A stretch of 64,000 nt of DNA from Octopus bimaculoides (Eukaryota), in the NCBI RefSeq assembly GCF_001194135.2, contig NC_068982.1, positions 51,206,079-51,270,078 on the forward strand. The letters are read 5' to 3'. The notes under the pieces are model-generated. The model was not told the origin of the DNA, did no database searches, and saw only the letters and a program-made list of their open reading frames with translations. A program made the translations under genes and the position numbers. Position 1 is the first letter of the stretch. Each line of letters begins with the position of its first letter. This document shows positions 13,036-27,400 of the stretch, piece by piece.

Positions 13036-13139
13036 GCAGTGATGCTCATTTACAACCATCTTATGGTATCAAGTCAAAAGAATACCCACACATACATACA
13101 CATACCTCACATATATACATGCTTCTATATTTGTGATGA

Positions 13140-13250
13140 GATTTATGCAGCCTGGTTCTATCATAGAAGACACTTGCTTAAGGTGCCATGCAATGGGATT
13201 GAACTCCAAACCAAATGGTTGAGAAGCATGCTGATATATCATGTGTTGGC
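13140..13250 (-). mobile_element. Degenerate tRNA-derived SINE head
   Basis: atagaagacacttgcttaaggtgccatgcaatgggattgaactcc is the reverse complement of the 52981 head. Confidence 0.65.
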
Positions 13251-13468
13251 ATATATATTTAATATCAGCTACTAATTTATATCTTTCTTTCATTTGTCTT
13301 TTATTTAAAAATCAGTATATTAGTTTACTTTAAACAATAATGATTCAGACTGTGTGACTGTGTGCAAAGATATTTTATGGACAAATTTATGTTATTCTTT
13401 TATGTGTTTCAGCTTTGAGGCTGAAATTTTTTACTGATTAAAAAATTTTAAATACTTTTGTTTTATAG

Positions 13469-13495
13469 GGTCCCGTTGGTCCACGTGGCCCACCT
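13469..13495 (+). CDS. Collagen micro-exon, 27 bp, GPVGPRGPP
   Basis: ttttgttttatag|GGTCCC...CCACCT|gtaagt; 3 triplets. Confidence 0.92.
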
Positions 13496-13740
13496 GTAAG
13501 TAATGCTTTTTCTTCATACATTTTTCCTTTTATATTTTTGCTAACTTCTTTTATGAATAAATTTAGGTTAGTCCTTTCATAGAATCCCTTCTCTTTTGGG
13601 TCATACATGATTCCAATTTCTATAATTGACAAAAATCAAATATCTCGTTAGATAGGATGGAAGTCTGTAACAAGTTTTAATTTTCACAACCACATATTAC
13701 ACCTTATTTGATTTGCAATTTTATTAGAGTTAAAATATTT

Positions 13741-13890
13741 TTAACCCTTTCATTACTATATTTCTAACCAAAAATACACCCCTTGTGTGTTTCAGTGAAA
13801 TTCTAATATCATCACGAATTTAGACTGGTTTCATAAAATGACTAACTTTTTTTATCTATTAACATATTAATGTGATTTTTAGAACACAAT
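13741..13890. mobile_element. Partial TTAA-CCC MITE related to 8159-8373
   Basis: Starts TTAACCCTTTCATTACTATATTT; no matching right end found. Confidence 0.4.
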
Positions 13891-14637
13891 AAGTAAAAAC
13901 AGGTAAATTCAACTATATATAAATTATTTTAATTTTCTTAAAACATCACCATAGAAAATTAGTTATTAGTTAACCAATTGAGTATAAAACAAAATTTTAA
14001 TATAGAAGAATTGTGCACATTACTGGATTATCAGTTGAACTTAAATGCATACAAGACAGGTGTAACATTAAATGTAAAAATCAAATGAAATACTGGAATT
14101 TGAAGAAAACTAGAAAATGAAATATAGTCACACACACACATAAATACAGAGAAACCTATAATAATGATTCATAATAAAAATTTATCACCCATCTTACAGG
14201 TAAATTTAAATTACCAGTAAATTAAAATTGGAAAAACTAATTATAAAATCAAATCATAAATTAATTTTATTGACTCTTAATGGACACTTAACTTTTTAAG
14301 ACGTTGCTATACATTTTGAAAGACATTCAAATATTTTAATTATTAATAATAATTTTTTACTTAATTATTATATAGTAAGGTTAATTCCTATTAAGGTGCT
14401 TAATATAATGAGTAAGTAATTAATTATAGCGATGTAAAGTATCTAAGCTTCAATTAAGCATGATGTAGAAATCTTATCTATAATTTTTGTTCCTTAATTA
14501 TCCACCGAGATCTTTACAAATTGTATATATTATTAATTATATAATAATGTTAATTCCTATAAAAGGGTATAATGTAATAAATAAATAGGTATTTAATTAT
14601 CTTATCTGTTATTTTTATTCTTTAGTTATCTAGCAAA

Positions 14638-14833
14638 TCATCATCATCATCATCATCGTTTAACGTCCGCTTTCCATGCTAGCATGGGTTGGACGACTTG
14701 ACTGAGGACTGGTGAAACCGGATGGCAACACCAGGCTCCAATCTAAATTTGGCAGAGTTTCTACAGCTGGATGCCCTTCCTAACGCCAACCACTCAGAGA
14801 GTGTAGTAGGTGCTTTTACGTGTCACCTGCACG
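14638..14833 (-). mobile_element. Young RTE LINE 3' end with (GAT)n tail
   Basis: (CAT)n-CGTTTAACGTCCGCTTTCCATGCTAGCATGGGTTGG...; about 97% identical to 63758-63955; the same sequence is contiguous with RTE coding sequence at 42005-43372. Confidence 0.85.
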
Positions 14834-16560
14834 AAGGCCAGTCTCTCTCTCTCTATATATATATAAGGAGAGAGTGGAATATTCATTATCCATAAGTTTG
14901 AGTTTCACTTGTTACTCTGGTGTTTCAAGTTACTAAATTCTGAGCCATTGATTAAATTTTTTTATTAGTAGAAATAAGTAAATGGAGCCCAGTCAGTTCA
15001 AACAATACAGACCCCAGTTATTCAATCAGCCAAACTTCCTATTTACTAAGTATTCCACAGATACCTGTACCTTTAATGCAATTCAAAGACAGAATCAACT
15101 GAAATCACACAGAAATGATAATTTGTGATTGTGATCATGATAATGAGTCAACATTACAATGTAACAAGATTGGTCCTTTCAGTAACAGGTACATTTTATC
15201 TAATGGACTATATATAATAAAAATTAATAATATTTCAGTTATTGAGATTTCAGTCAATAGATTTGTGGGTATTACATTTCATATAATGCAAAAAGAATAT
15301 AACGAGTATTTATGATGGAAAATTTGTGGTATTTATATGCACATCAAGAAATAATACTTGAGGATAAAACCAGTACAATAGCAGGGTTTAAAATATACTA
15401 CCTTAATTAGCCCTTACTTAAGTTAAAATTATAATTAAAAGGAACTACATGTGTTTCTGTATTGGAAGATCAGAATATATGTAATGATCATATCTATAAT
15501 TCTACCAACACATCTTCAGGTTCATTTTTCATAATATTGTTCAGCTACTTGAAATCATCATAAAAATTAAGCGTTAAATTAAAAATTAAAAAAATAAACT
15601 TTACAAAATTAAGGCTTAAAAAATTGAAAATTATTAGTTATAAATTATAAATATAAATTAGCATACCTATATCAAACTTTATATGTCTCCTGGGAAAGAC
15701 TGTGATTGGGACCAGTCTCCTCAGAAAAATCAATATGAAAGACAGTTTTCAAATTTTTACACCATTCAGGTTCAAATTCATTTTTATGTTACTACCTGAG
15801 TTATCATCAGAATCATTGGTTTCACTTTCAGAAATAGAAATATTAAATTCATACTCACACACCACATGGTTTTTGTGTTCGTTGTATAGTTTACTTGGTT
15901 TTTCTATGTCCTTAGTCAAAAATCCCTCAAATTCTGATTCATTATTTGACAACATGAAATATGTCATCAGTATCAAAAATTTTCAAAATACCGATGTAGA
16001 AAAAATGTGGAAAAAATCTCCAAAAATTCACAGAGATTAGATCTCACACCAAATAATGTCAGATACAGTAACTCAATTGTCTAGGTAGTGAAATCACATT
16101 CTCACAAGTGTACTAATTAAATTCACACTGATATTTGCATTTAAATATGACTAGGTTATTTCAGCCATTTTCAGCTAGGTTGGTAACATAAGCCAATATA
16201 ATTGTCAGTCAGCTATGGCCAGACTGGTAATGTTCTAAAGTGTACTGCCTTGCTGTTCTGAGTTTCTGATATCGTATTGCTTTACCATTTGAATAAAAAT
16301 TTATATTTATAAATATATAATATAGTCAGTCCTTTCCAATATATAATTTTTTTTTATTTAATTTATAATCTTACATACTTTGTTATATCAGAAACTCTGC
16401 ATATCCAAATTCTATTTCATATGCTTATGTCATTTCTTGTTTTGCAATGTCTTTCTGAATTATGTACAGAATTTATGAAGAATGTAATATCCATATTATA
16501 ATAGTTTCGGTTTTACTTACATTATGTGAATATCTGAATTTTTTTATTTTTGTTTTGAAG

Positions 16561-16596
16561 GGTCCATCAGGTAAAGATGGATTGCCTGGACGTCCA
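16561..16596 (+). CDS. Collagen exon, 36 bp, GPSGKDGLPGRP
   Basis: ttttgttttgaag|GGTCCA...CGTCCA|gtaagt; 4 triplets. Confidence 0.94.
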
Positions 16597-19491
16597 GTAA
16601 GTATCTTCTTAATATATACTATTCCAAATAATTTTCTTTGATTATAATTTGTTCTGTATATCCATATTTTAAAATTACCAAGAAAATTAATATTCTAAAA
16701 TATGCATGATACATATACTGCAGTTACCAAATTCTAATATATTCTCAATAAAAATGAAAGCCAAATATATTTTTTTATAGTTCTGCTATCTGAAAATGAA
16801 TATTCAGGTTGGAAAATCATAACCAAATAAAATACAGAGTTACCATTGAAGGCTCTAACTTACAAATTTATTATAAAGGCTCTAGTATATTTGGGCAAGG
16901 TACTTAACTCTACCTCACTATATTTGTAAAAATATTTTGGTTACCTAAATTCCAAGAGAATATAAAATCTCATAAGTATTCCTAGGCCAGTAAATGTCAA
17001 TGATTTTTTTTATGTTTCTTTAAAAAAACAACTTAATTTAAAAGGAAATGCACTTGAGATTCATTTTAATTTGTTGATTTTATTTTACCTTAAATTCTTC
17101 AGACTTGTTTCACATGCATTAAAATCTTAATCTAATCAATATATTACTAGTTTAGTTGGACTAACTGGAAATAGATACTACAATGTAGAAACAACCCTTA
17201 GTTGCATGCAAGAACAACAGTATAAAATTGACAAAGGATCCATAAGCTTACAGTGCTGAGTTCAACTCTTGAATATTGGGACAAGTATTCAGTTTAGTTC
17301 TGAGTGCTCAGCTTTTCAGTACTGTGTACCCAATATTCTCTTCTTCTTCGAGCAGATGTTTGCAATTATATTGGTTCAGATTCTTATTCAAATTATAAGT
17401 TAATATGTGATTGCTGGTATGTAAAATCCATTTCCATTTTAAATTTATAAGTAAGAACCCCAAAGTGAACATCTTCTAAGTCATTATAAATAGTCATCAT
17501 CAACTAGACATGCTATATTTAGTCACTGAACTATCATAACTCTATTAAGATACTTACACAATATATTAATGTTAGCTGCGATAACTTGACAGATTTAAAT
17601 GCATATATATTCAAAACTGCTATACAAAGCCATATTCCTGAGCAAGGAAAGTTCAGCTAACTTAACACTAAATCAGGTCTTCAAATTGCTTCAAATTTCT
17701 GCTGGAAAGAAGCTTATTTTGATTCTGTTCTTCAGATTATTTACAAATGCATTTTTAAAAATTCTATTCACAATCCAGTGTCATTATGAATTATTATTTT
17801 CATTTTGGCATCTCTCTACAATAGCCAAGATAGATTTTGTTAAGCCATAAATTTACATTGACTTTCCATGTTACTTTTATTGTGACTAGTTTCTGCTAAT
17901 TCTGATTTTTTAAAGTCAATATGTATTGTTATACATTGGCAGAAAAGGAATTCTGGAGATGCATTAAACAGAATGTTTGGTATGGATGTTGGAGAGGCTA
18001 GAAGGTGATAAGATACATATAGACCACTGCAATAGTGCATTTTTATTTCATCCATCAGAATCATTGTAGTAAATTTGGAAAACACTCTTTTGCAGTATAA
18101 CTGAAAAATATTTTTTTAAACTCTTAATGAGATCATAGTTTTCAATTTTACCTACATTTCTCCATACGGACAGGTAGATCACCAAATTTGTGCATATAGA
18201 TAAAGTGTGATTCATTTACTAACTGATTATTTCTGATTATGGGTATCTATTTTCCAGATAGGGAGATTGATATAATGCAAGTTGAAGCAAATATTATCAA
18301 TCCATCTACTTGAATTAGTTTATCATAATATCTAAATTATGTACACTCAATATTAATTAAATGAAATACCTTGCAGACAAAACAAACAATAGAAATACAA
18401 AGTTTATAATATTAATTTAATACAGAAAAAGAAGAATGAAAAGTCTTTTACATTTTGTTTGTGGTCCTTCATAAAAAAAATTTAAAAAAACTAGAGAAAA
18501 AAATAGAGAAGAAAATGTTTCAAGACATGAAATTGCAATGTAGTTAGTTTAGTGGCATGGTGTGCAGTGAGTGGTGGACAAGGATTGTGTAGCTAGAGGA
18601 AGATGTGATTTACAGCTTAGAGTGCAAAGCTCAATGAAGACTCTGGGCAAGTGAGTTATTTGTATGTTATTTGTATTTGTATGTGATGTGTGTGGGTGTA
18701 CGAAATGTATGTTATGCTGGCTGACTATATGCATTCAAGTGGTGTGTGTGTGTATTTACATGTGATGGTGGTTGTTGTAGTTGTGGTAGTAGTGAAATGT
18801 ATATCTAATTTTTTCTTCGTTTTGTTTCTGTGCCATTTCCTTGGATTTTTTTCTCACTTTTACACAGAACTTAGACCCTCTTACCCTGATTAGTTTATTC
18901 AGATAACACTGAATCTATGGTTATTAAAATGTTAATTACATAATATATCATTAGTTATGCTACTAAGTCAAAAATTTAAAAGACAACTAAACAATAGAAA
19001 GACTAGTTGGTAGTTTAAACAGAAACTTGTTAAGACTGCACTTTTTGCATTGAAAGTTTTAAGCATATGTATCTATTAAAGAAATACTATTAAACAAATT
19101 TCTGTAAAACAAATTTGAAAGGAAGTTTAAATGCATTTTCAAAATATATATAATGATTGTAATACATGCCAGAAAAACAAAATTTTGTTATACTTAGTGT
19201 TGATGTTTAATTTGATTAATTTACATGAAAGAGGATGTTGCAGAAACAATTAGGTAGTATCAATTTCCATTTCATTTTAATATCCAATCTTTATTGTTTG
19301 AACTTTCAGAATTGCTAAAGATATAGCAAATAGACAATTTATAAAAGATATTTTTTAGTAATTTTTCATTCATAATCATCATGTAAGTTAATAATGATCT
19401 TCCCATTTGGGACTTAATTATAAGCTTTCCATGTGGGTTGTAAACACTGCTTATAGACCATTTTTCTGGTCAAATTATAGTTAAAAATATC

Positions 19492-19539
<48 letters not shown>
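19492..19539. repeat. (ATT)n microsatellite
   Basis: Perfect trinucleotide run. Confidence 0.97.
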
Positions 19540-19540
<1 letters not shown>

Positions 19541-20866
19541 ACAATACTGTTATTGTTGATGATTATAAAAGCCATTTGTATCTTTGTATTTATTAAATTA
19601 TATACATATTAAAGCTGAATTATTCTCTGGTAATATATTTTCATAATGTATCAACAATGATACATCATCAGATGTGTTAATATCATTAGCTATATATATA
19701 TATATATGCATATATATACATATATATATTTATTACTTGTCAGCTACATTTATGTTGTCACTTTGCTGCAGTCACAAAACTTATTTATTATTAAACTTTT
19801 TACTTTTATGCAACATTTTTTAAAAAAATTTCATTCTTTAAGCTTATATCATTTTTTATTTTAATTAATAAATTTTCATTAAATATATTTCAACATACTT
19901 GGTAACTTTTAGAATTTTCCATTCTTAGCTTCTAGTAATTAAGAATTAACTGATATCTTGCTCCAAAAATACCGTATGTACTATGTAAAAATATTCTCCT
20001 ATATGAAATTATTAGGATATTAATATCAATAATTTTGGTTTCAATGTCATTGTTCTTAGACATTCATTACTACATAAATGCCTTGCTCAGTACTTTCCAA
20101 TTGAATGTAATATTCAGTCTTGTAGCATTTAATTTTGTCAAACTATATCTTAAGAAATCTTGTAATCTATATTAAACCTAGACTTGTTTTATAATTGTTG
20201 TTTTTTGGGGTTTTTTGTTGCAACAAACACAGTTTATGTTAGGTTAATGTGATAGATAGAAAACCTAAACCTTGTGAATTAAGGTTTGTCTTTTTCACTA
20301 CCTGATGGTGCACAGAATTTTTTTTTATAAATGCTGAAAATTTTAAGATGAGGCTCTTAGTTCCTAAATTTTTCTTTTATATTCAACTATATAAATTATT
20401 TACATTCATATATGTATTTCTATTGTACATTTAATTTCTGCCTTTTTTTTTATTCTTTGTTGCTGAATTTAGAAAAGGGCTGTGAGTAATATAATCCAAG
20501 TACTGATTAACATTTTTTTAAAAGTCTGAAATGCAACTGTATCAGATATGATAACATACACTATTCATTCAATGGTTATCAGTTGAATACAAATTTTAAA
20601 AACCATCTACAATATTTAATTTCACAAATATATTTGGTACATGTTGTGTAATTCAGAAGCTTTGCTTTAATTCTAAATTATTGTTAACTTACTGATTTTT
20701 ATGCTTTCGATAATAAATTAGGAATATGGTAATGCACTTACCCACTTAATATACTAACACTGTGACTGCAGCAAAATTCAAGTGTAGCTTAGTATATTCA
20801 TTTTCATGAGTAGAGAGAAAGACAGCATCAGGTATATTTCAAAATGTTTTTCTTTCCCCTTTGAAG

Positions 20867-20959
20867 AAACGTACCAAAGCCTGTGAATTTGAAGTCACGG
20901 ATATTAAAGCTGCACGTAAAAAAAATCGCAAGACCAGAAGTCATGCACCTAATAGTCAG
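20867..20959 (+). CDS. Candidate non-collagenous cassette exon, 93 bp, KRTKACEFEVTDIKAARKKNRKTRSHAPNSQ
   Basis: ttttctttcccctttgaag|AAACGT...AGTCAG|gtagac; phase 0/0 like all other exons, open frame, 4 CpGs in CpG-poor surroundings; no Gly-X-Y content to confirm it. Confidence 0.5.
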
Positions 20960-21989
20960 GTAGACCCTTTTTGTAGCAAGGACTTCATAAGCTCCAAACT
21001 AAGGCAACTAACATTTAATGCTGCAGTCATGGTTGAGGCTGCTTGCAGGCCCTTGCTCAAACTGTGTTTAGCTACTGTAGGATCTTACCTAGGAAAGCTT
21101 AAATCTAATCAAATTTTACAATGCAGGACTCATTTTGAAAATATTTTGTTAACAACTAAAGATGGCATTTTGTTGGAATTTTTTTAAAACTATTTGTTCA
21201 GATATATTATTTATAATAACTGTAAATTATCTAATCTAATACAAAAAAGATGTTGTTTTCTGATATTTAGACGGATAGAATAATTTGATATAGAAATATT
21301 TTCCAACATGAGTCTTAGCAATTAATATACTACTGAAGGTGTTAACTCCCCTCTTTAGAATCATAAGTCATATTTCCCTTTAAAAAAAAAATTATGGCAC
21401 ATCATATAGACTTTAACTTTCAGTAACTTCTGTGCAATCAATTTTTTGTGTTTTAGACTATGTTCTTTTATTTCTAGATTTATCAGTTTAAAGACTATCA
21501 GTATGTATATACTAATTTTGAAATTATCATATTATTGTTTTTCTATGCTGACAGGTGTTGGACAGATTTTCAATATATGTCACAACTTGTGATTTGTTTT
21601 CTTTCAAACAAATACTTAATCTTAGATGAGAAATTATGCAAATTTAAAAAGAAATCTTGTTTTTTTAAATGAATTTCAAATAAATTTTCCCCATATTTGA
21701 AGTGCACTTTGTATTACATATTTTATTACACCTTCAGAAGTGTAAAAAACTTTACATTTACTTATAATAATATTTTATACTTTTGGGCTACTTCATATAA
21801 AAGGTTTATTTTTATATTACTTTTTCAAATCAGTTGTACATACAGGTAAATTTAAGATCTTTTTGATATGTTGTATGAAGTTATTTTTCTACCCATGCAG
21901 ATTGAATGGAATTCAGCATTAAATGATCAAGGTAAGAAAGTTGTTAATATTTGTATGTTAGTGTTATGATCTCATCTTTTATTTCTCAG

Positions 21990-22061
21990 GGTGAAATGGG
22001 TTTATCTGGTCTTCCTGGATACAAAGGCGAAAAAGGGAATCGAGGCAAGCGTGGACGCAAA
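21990..22061 (+). CDS. Collagen exon, 72 bp, GEMGLSGLPGYKGEKGNRGKRGRK
   Basis: ttttatttctcag|GGTGAA...CGCAAA|gtaatt; 8 triplets. Confidence 0.96.
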
Positions 22062-22453
22062 GTAATTAAATTATTGATGATGCATGTATATTAGTTCAAT
22101 ATATTTTCTCTCATAGGAATCACTTTGGCATGTTCTAACTGATGTTGTTTCTATTGTTGCCTGGTATAATAGTACCCAATTTGTTCTAGTGACATGTGAT
22201 CTCTTTCCCCTAAATAATTCCTATGACATGCAAATTGATATCCAAATAGCTGTTTCATACAAGTAATCATATAAATTACATGTGCAGGCACAAGTGCACA
22301 CGCACACATACACACATGNNNNNNNNNNACACATACATGTATATATGCATTCACATATATGTATTTATATATGTAGATATACACACATATATGTATGTAT
22401 GTATATAAATTACATGTGCAGGCACAAGTGCACACGCACACATACACACATGC

Positions 22454-22486
<33 letters not shown>

Positions 22487-25400
22487 CATATACACACATA
22501 ATATGCATGCATACATGCATATTAATATTCATTGTACTTTGTTTAAATTTAATTTCCTTGGATGAAAAAATGATTTCACATAATGAAATAATGAAAAAAT
22601 ACTAACAATTACTTTATTTTAATATCTACTCTTATATTATCACCATAAACTTTTCAGCACGATTTTCATTTTTTTGTGTATATTATCATTAATATATAAA
22701 TATATTATGAGTGCATAATCTTCCTTCTTAGAAAATAATAAAATAATTAACACTTAATAGAGAATTCCTTCTTTTACAAAAGTTTGAAAAATGGAAGTAA
22801 AATTCTCAGTTTTTAAATTAACTAATATAAATATATATATATATATAGTAACAACAGTATTTTTATAACATTCAAGTTAGTTACAGGTAGAATAGCCAAT
22901 AGTAAAATTCTGTTTCTATAATTCATTAACATATCAAATTTTGCAAAATCATCTAATCTGTCTAAAGGTTCAGAAAAGCAAGGTAGTTTTATATAATGCT
23001 GTAAAATTTAAAGGTGTGTAAAATAAGATTATGTAACTTTTTGGCTTCTCTCAGTGGCATTATTAAAATGTCCACTTCCATCATAAGAAGGAAAATTAGA
23101 ATATTCTTATAAATATTTATTAAATATGATAGCAGACAAAATAGAGACCGTACAAGAGTTGTAGAACAATCTATTCGCTATATATAAGTGTGTTGATTTG
23201 GAAAATTTAATTAATTTATATGAATTGCTATGAGTTTTACAGTTAGAATGACTGTTCAATGCGGTCCACTAAACAAAAAATTAATGTACAAATATTTTCA
23301 GTTAGGTAGTTGAAGGCAAACAGAATAATATGTCTTGATTATGGGCAAACTATTTTTAAGTCTAAATTTTAACTTTACTGTTAGCAGTCCACCTACTTAA
23401 ACAGTTAAAAATATTCTTGTAATCATATATAGAATATTATAAAATTTGATTACTATGATTACTATTAACTGTCACCATTTTAGAATGTTAATGTTACATT
23501 ATCTGTACAATTAAAAATATATTTGATTAATTTTGGCAAACAAAAAATAAAATGATCATACTGGAATATTTCAATTTGCTTTTTCAATCTTCAAAACCAT
23601 TCAAAATGTTTATAATAAAAACGTAGTTAAGCTTCATTATGACTAAAAATATTTGAAGAGTAGAATAACTTAGAATATATTGTATTGTATTTCTAGTATG
23701 CTTATGATACAATTGGCTTATTTTCCTCTTTCTCTTTCCATCAATAGTCCATTGCATGCAAAATATGCTACATACAATACTAAATGTTATCAGGTTTAAT
23801 CTTTCTTAGTTTACTTCTAGTGATACCTTACATATTCAGTTTGATTACAGAATGTATCTTCACTTCATAATGCATGCCTATTCCAGCATAATTCTGCTAA
23901 TGCTTCTGTTAACAATCAATCTCTTAACTGATTTTGCCATCAGCCTTTCTTTGCAAGTTATTTAACTTTGTCCCAACATGGATACTTAGTTTATCACATC
24001 ATATCTCCTACATCTATTCCTCCATGCTTTGCTGCTATACATTGTTACACTTTTTTACACAGTGTGCATTGTACAAGGTTTGGCTTCTGGTATCTCGTTT
24101 CTTGAGCCTATTTACTTTTTATGGCTCATTTATTAAAAATAATGTTGCTTCACTAATTATCAAAATAATAAATTCTCACTGAACCTTTCAATTAAGCAGA
24201 TATACTAGTTCAAGTGTCTCCTTGACAGTTTGTACATCATTGTTTTTCTTAAAACACTACTTGTGATCTTCTGGAGATCTTCATTTTCTTGGTTCTCATT
24301 AGTGGTAGTCTTTCTTTATCTCATTAGAGCTTCTTGAGCAGTCACTTGTAATGAGTCTTTAAAGTCTCTTTCCTCAATCACATGCATATCTATCTCATTT
24401 TCTTGTCAAAAGTGTTTCTCATAAATACATAATCACTCATACAAATGTTAAATTCATTTACTTCACAGAACTCTAGTATCTTATGCCCTATTCTTCCCTC
24501 ATGTTGTATCTGCAAGCTCCATGTTCTCAACCCTGATCACTTTTTTTTAAATATTATCACCTATCATTCAAATTACCCACACTAGTCTGTCATAAACCTG
24601 AGATTCTGCTTCATTCTTTTTTCATTAAATTTAATATATTTTCATTATCTGTTCTTTTTTCTGCAAATGTACATCACACCTTTAGTTCCTGGATTATTTT
24701 GTACTCAAAAGAACCTATATCATTGTCAGGGATATTTCAGTCTGATGCAATATACTGCCTTGCATGTTCAACACCTTCAAGTTACCTATCTTCTAACAGC
24801 TAATTCTACCTTGCTATTCTGAGATAAATTAGTTTATTATTAGTAAGGATGTTCATAGGCTAAGTACTACCAGTTGAATATTCTTAGAATTGCTTCCAGA
24901 ATTGCACTCCCCTAAATCTGTTTTATTTTTCATTAAATACAATTAACTAGAACAAATAGTCAATTTGAATTAAAATAAAATTTATTGATAATTTATATTT
25001 CTAATACAATAACAAAGTTCAGTTCTTAATTCCACAGAAACTTTTTTGACTTCAATTTTTTTGAACTTGAAACAAAGTTTAAAAAAACTATGAAAGTCAA
25101 ATTTATTTGCAACTTCAGCCTTTTTTTATTATTTCTAATTTAAAATTACCCATTTGTAAGTAAAAACTAACAAAATATTCCACTACTAATAATGTGTTTG
25201 AGCTTAATTCTAAACATGGGGATATACATCTTTCAAAACTGCTTAAGAAAAAACACATTAAGGTACCTAAAACCATTATTTCTAGTTTTACAAATTTTTT
25301 TTTTTTTCTAAATATTTCTCAATATTGGCTTTCATTGTCTCACATAACAAATCTTTACTTCAGCAAATGAGTTTTCAGTCTTCCTTAAGCACTTTCTCTG

Positions 25401-25799
25401 CTTGCTAACATCATTCTTTTCTCTTTATAAGCATAGATTTTAACAATTATTGAAGCTCGCTGTTTATTTTTTCTGTTATACTCTCAACCTAAATAGATTT
25501 GACATTACCCTTTTCTCTGATCTGTTTTTGATTCTCAAATATTTTTGCTTTCAAAAACTCGATTTGCAAAAATTTTTTTCTAGTACAATTAGAATACTTA
25601 TATAATACTCTTCATTTCATTTTGTATAGGATGCAATCATATACAAAAAAAACATAAAGATGCTGATGAATACAGTTTCTTTTCTTTCACTTTTAAATAT
25701 TATATTATTTAAGGTATCTAATTTGTTTTTAAAAGGTGAAAATTTGTGTGTACACACAGCCACTACCAACAGCAGCATCATGAATCCAATTCCTTGCTA

Positions 25800-27400
25800 T
25801 TGTTTTAGTATTTGCTCTTCCTTGCTGGAATAAGTTAGACAGGTCCACTATAGGGTATGTTTATGTACACCTGAGTTCTGCATCATCTAATCTGTTAAGA
25901 TTAATACCATTAGATCTGATCTGATTACTGGCTTTCACCTCAGTGAGGTCTTTTCTAAATCTACAAGCTATGTCAAGCTACATTATATAACCATACAGTT
26001 GTAGGTTTTCACTCTTACAAACATTAAGCAGTGCTTTTAATGTCCAGTTTCTGTGTCAACTTGATTGATCCCTTTCACATAACAGTTATTATTTAATGGA
26101 ATATACTCAATAAATTCATTTCCACTTTGTCATTTCTCTTATTCTATTGCCTAACTTTGCCCACTATGAAGTATTGTGCTTCTGACAGTGTCTCATTTGG
26201 TTTACTTTTGTCAAAAGGATTTCGTTGTCACCAATAGTGATACTCATGAAACTTGTCCTCTATGCTAAGTAATATTTCCACCTCCGGCATAAATAATGTT
26301 TCCATTTAGACATCTGTAAAAATCCTCTGTGTCTAGTACATCAAATGATCTGATTTCCATCAATTAAGAATCTCAATAGACCTTGTATGTTGTTTGCACC
26401 AATTATGCAATACTAAGTTCTTTCTTCTGCTTTTGCTCTAGTTATGCAATGCTAAGTTCTTATCTTCTGTTTTTTTTCTCTAGGGCCTATCTAGCAAAGA
26501 TTACCTTATGGTAATCTTTGCTGTTTACCATAAGGGCTTTTAACTCAAATTCATTCTTTGACATTTAGAGCATTTTTATAGTTCTTAGATTAATTCTGTC
26601 ATCATGACAGCATTGTAGATATGCAAGAACTCCAGCAAATACAGCCTTTTTTATGATGGCCTCAAAAATAAAATAATGAAGAAGGATCTGTAAACAAAAC
26701 CTTGACAAGTAGCTACTTATACATTAAATTTCTCATTTAGCTCTATGTCTATCTTGACATTATTTTTCCCCTTTGTTATACATGGTTTGAACATCCTTCA
26801 TAAGTCATGCAGTCACACTTACTTTTACTGACTAGACTATGAAAATATACGCTCTTCAAAGTCATCAAATACAAGATGTAGTTTTTGTTCTTTACCATAA
26901 ACTGTTAGTCTTGTTGATTCCTCATACAGACAAAGCCTGCATCCTATTTGGTTGAATGCTATCATGTACAAAATTCATAATTTGATTATTTAAACTTAAT
27001 AATTTTTTTTTCTTGTACTTTGTCTTTAGCCTTGTAATAGTTAACAATACCCTAATCCCAGCCATTGAGAATAACTTTCTGAAAAAAACTTACTGACCAA
27101 GTGAATGACACTAACTAGATTAACAATTCATTGTTACTAGGAGCAAGTACCCCAATATCACTTTCTGTTTCAGTACTAATAACAAACATTCTAGTTTTTC
27201 ATCTTGTTATGCTTTTTCACATTGATGTTATACGCTTTCCTCAAGACTGTTCCTCTGTTTTATATATTATCTGACTTACCTATATCTCTAAGCCTTTATG
27301 AGCATTTGCTTGTGCATTAAGAAGCAGGTTCTTGTTTCAGCTTCCATTATATTTTTGTTAAAGTTAATATTTTTCCTCTACTTTCAACTCTTTTCATCTG
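25800..27400 (-). mobile_element. Highly decayed non-LTR retrotransposon (RT remnant)
   Basis: Minus strand LVDLEKT (~25947-25967) and SGVHKHTL, resembling the FVDLEKAFD and GVHQGS RT motifs; boundaries approximate. Confidence 0.33.

Noticed and set aside
14702-14720. CTGAGGA-CTGGT-GAAAC in RTE 3' ends (also ~63824)
   Set aside because: No stem II can form in 5 nt, there is no NUH plus stem I after GAAAC, and it lies on the antisense strand of the LINE.
15700-16000. Minus-strand acidic ORF (NNESEFEGF...SESETNDSDD), reminiscent of DNA-transposase N-termini
   Set aside because: Too short and low-complexity; no catalytic motifs or TIRs found.
19625-19680. Minus-strand CTGATGA plus 7-bp hairpin plus GAAA
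   Set aside because: Four extra nucleotides separate stem II from GAAA and stem I does not pair; likely chance in AT-rich DNA.
20814-20831. Possible 18-bp micro-exon RERQHQ before the 93-bp candidate exon
   Set aside because: It would leave a 35-nt intron and has a weak acceptor.
21901-21931. Apparent 31-bp exon (cccatgcag|ATTGAA...CAAG|gtaaga) just upstream of exon 21990
   Set aside because: 31 bp breaks the phase-0 frame, the only frame compatible with the next exon contains TAA, and the downstream intron would be only 58 nt. At most a poison exon; no support without RNA data.
22269-22452. 50-bp exact duplication on both sides of a 10-N gap
   Set aside because: Most likely an unmerged contig overlap in microsatellite DNA (assembly artefact).
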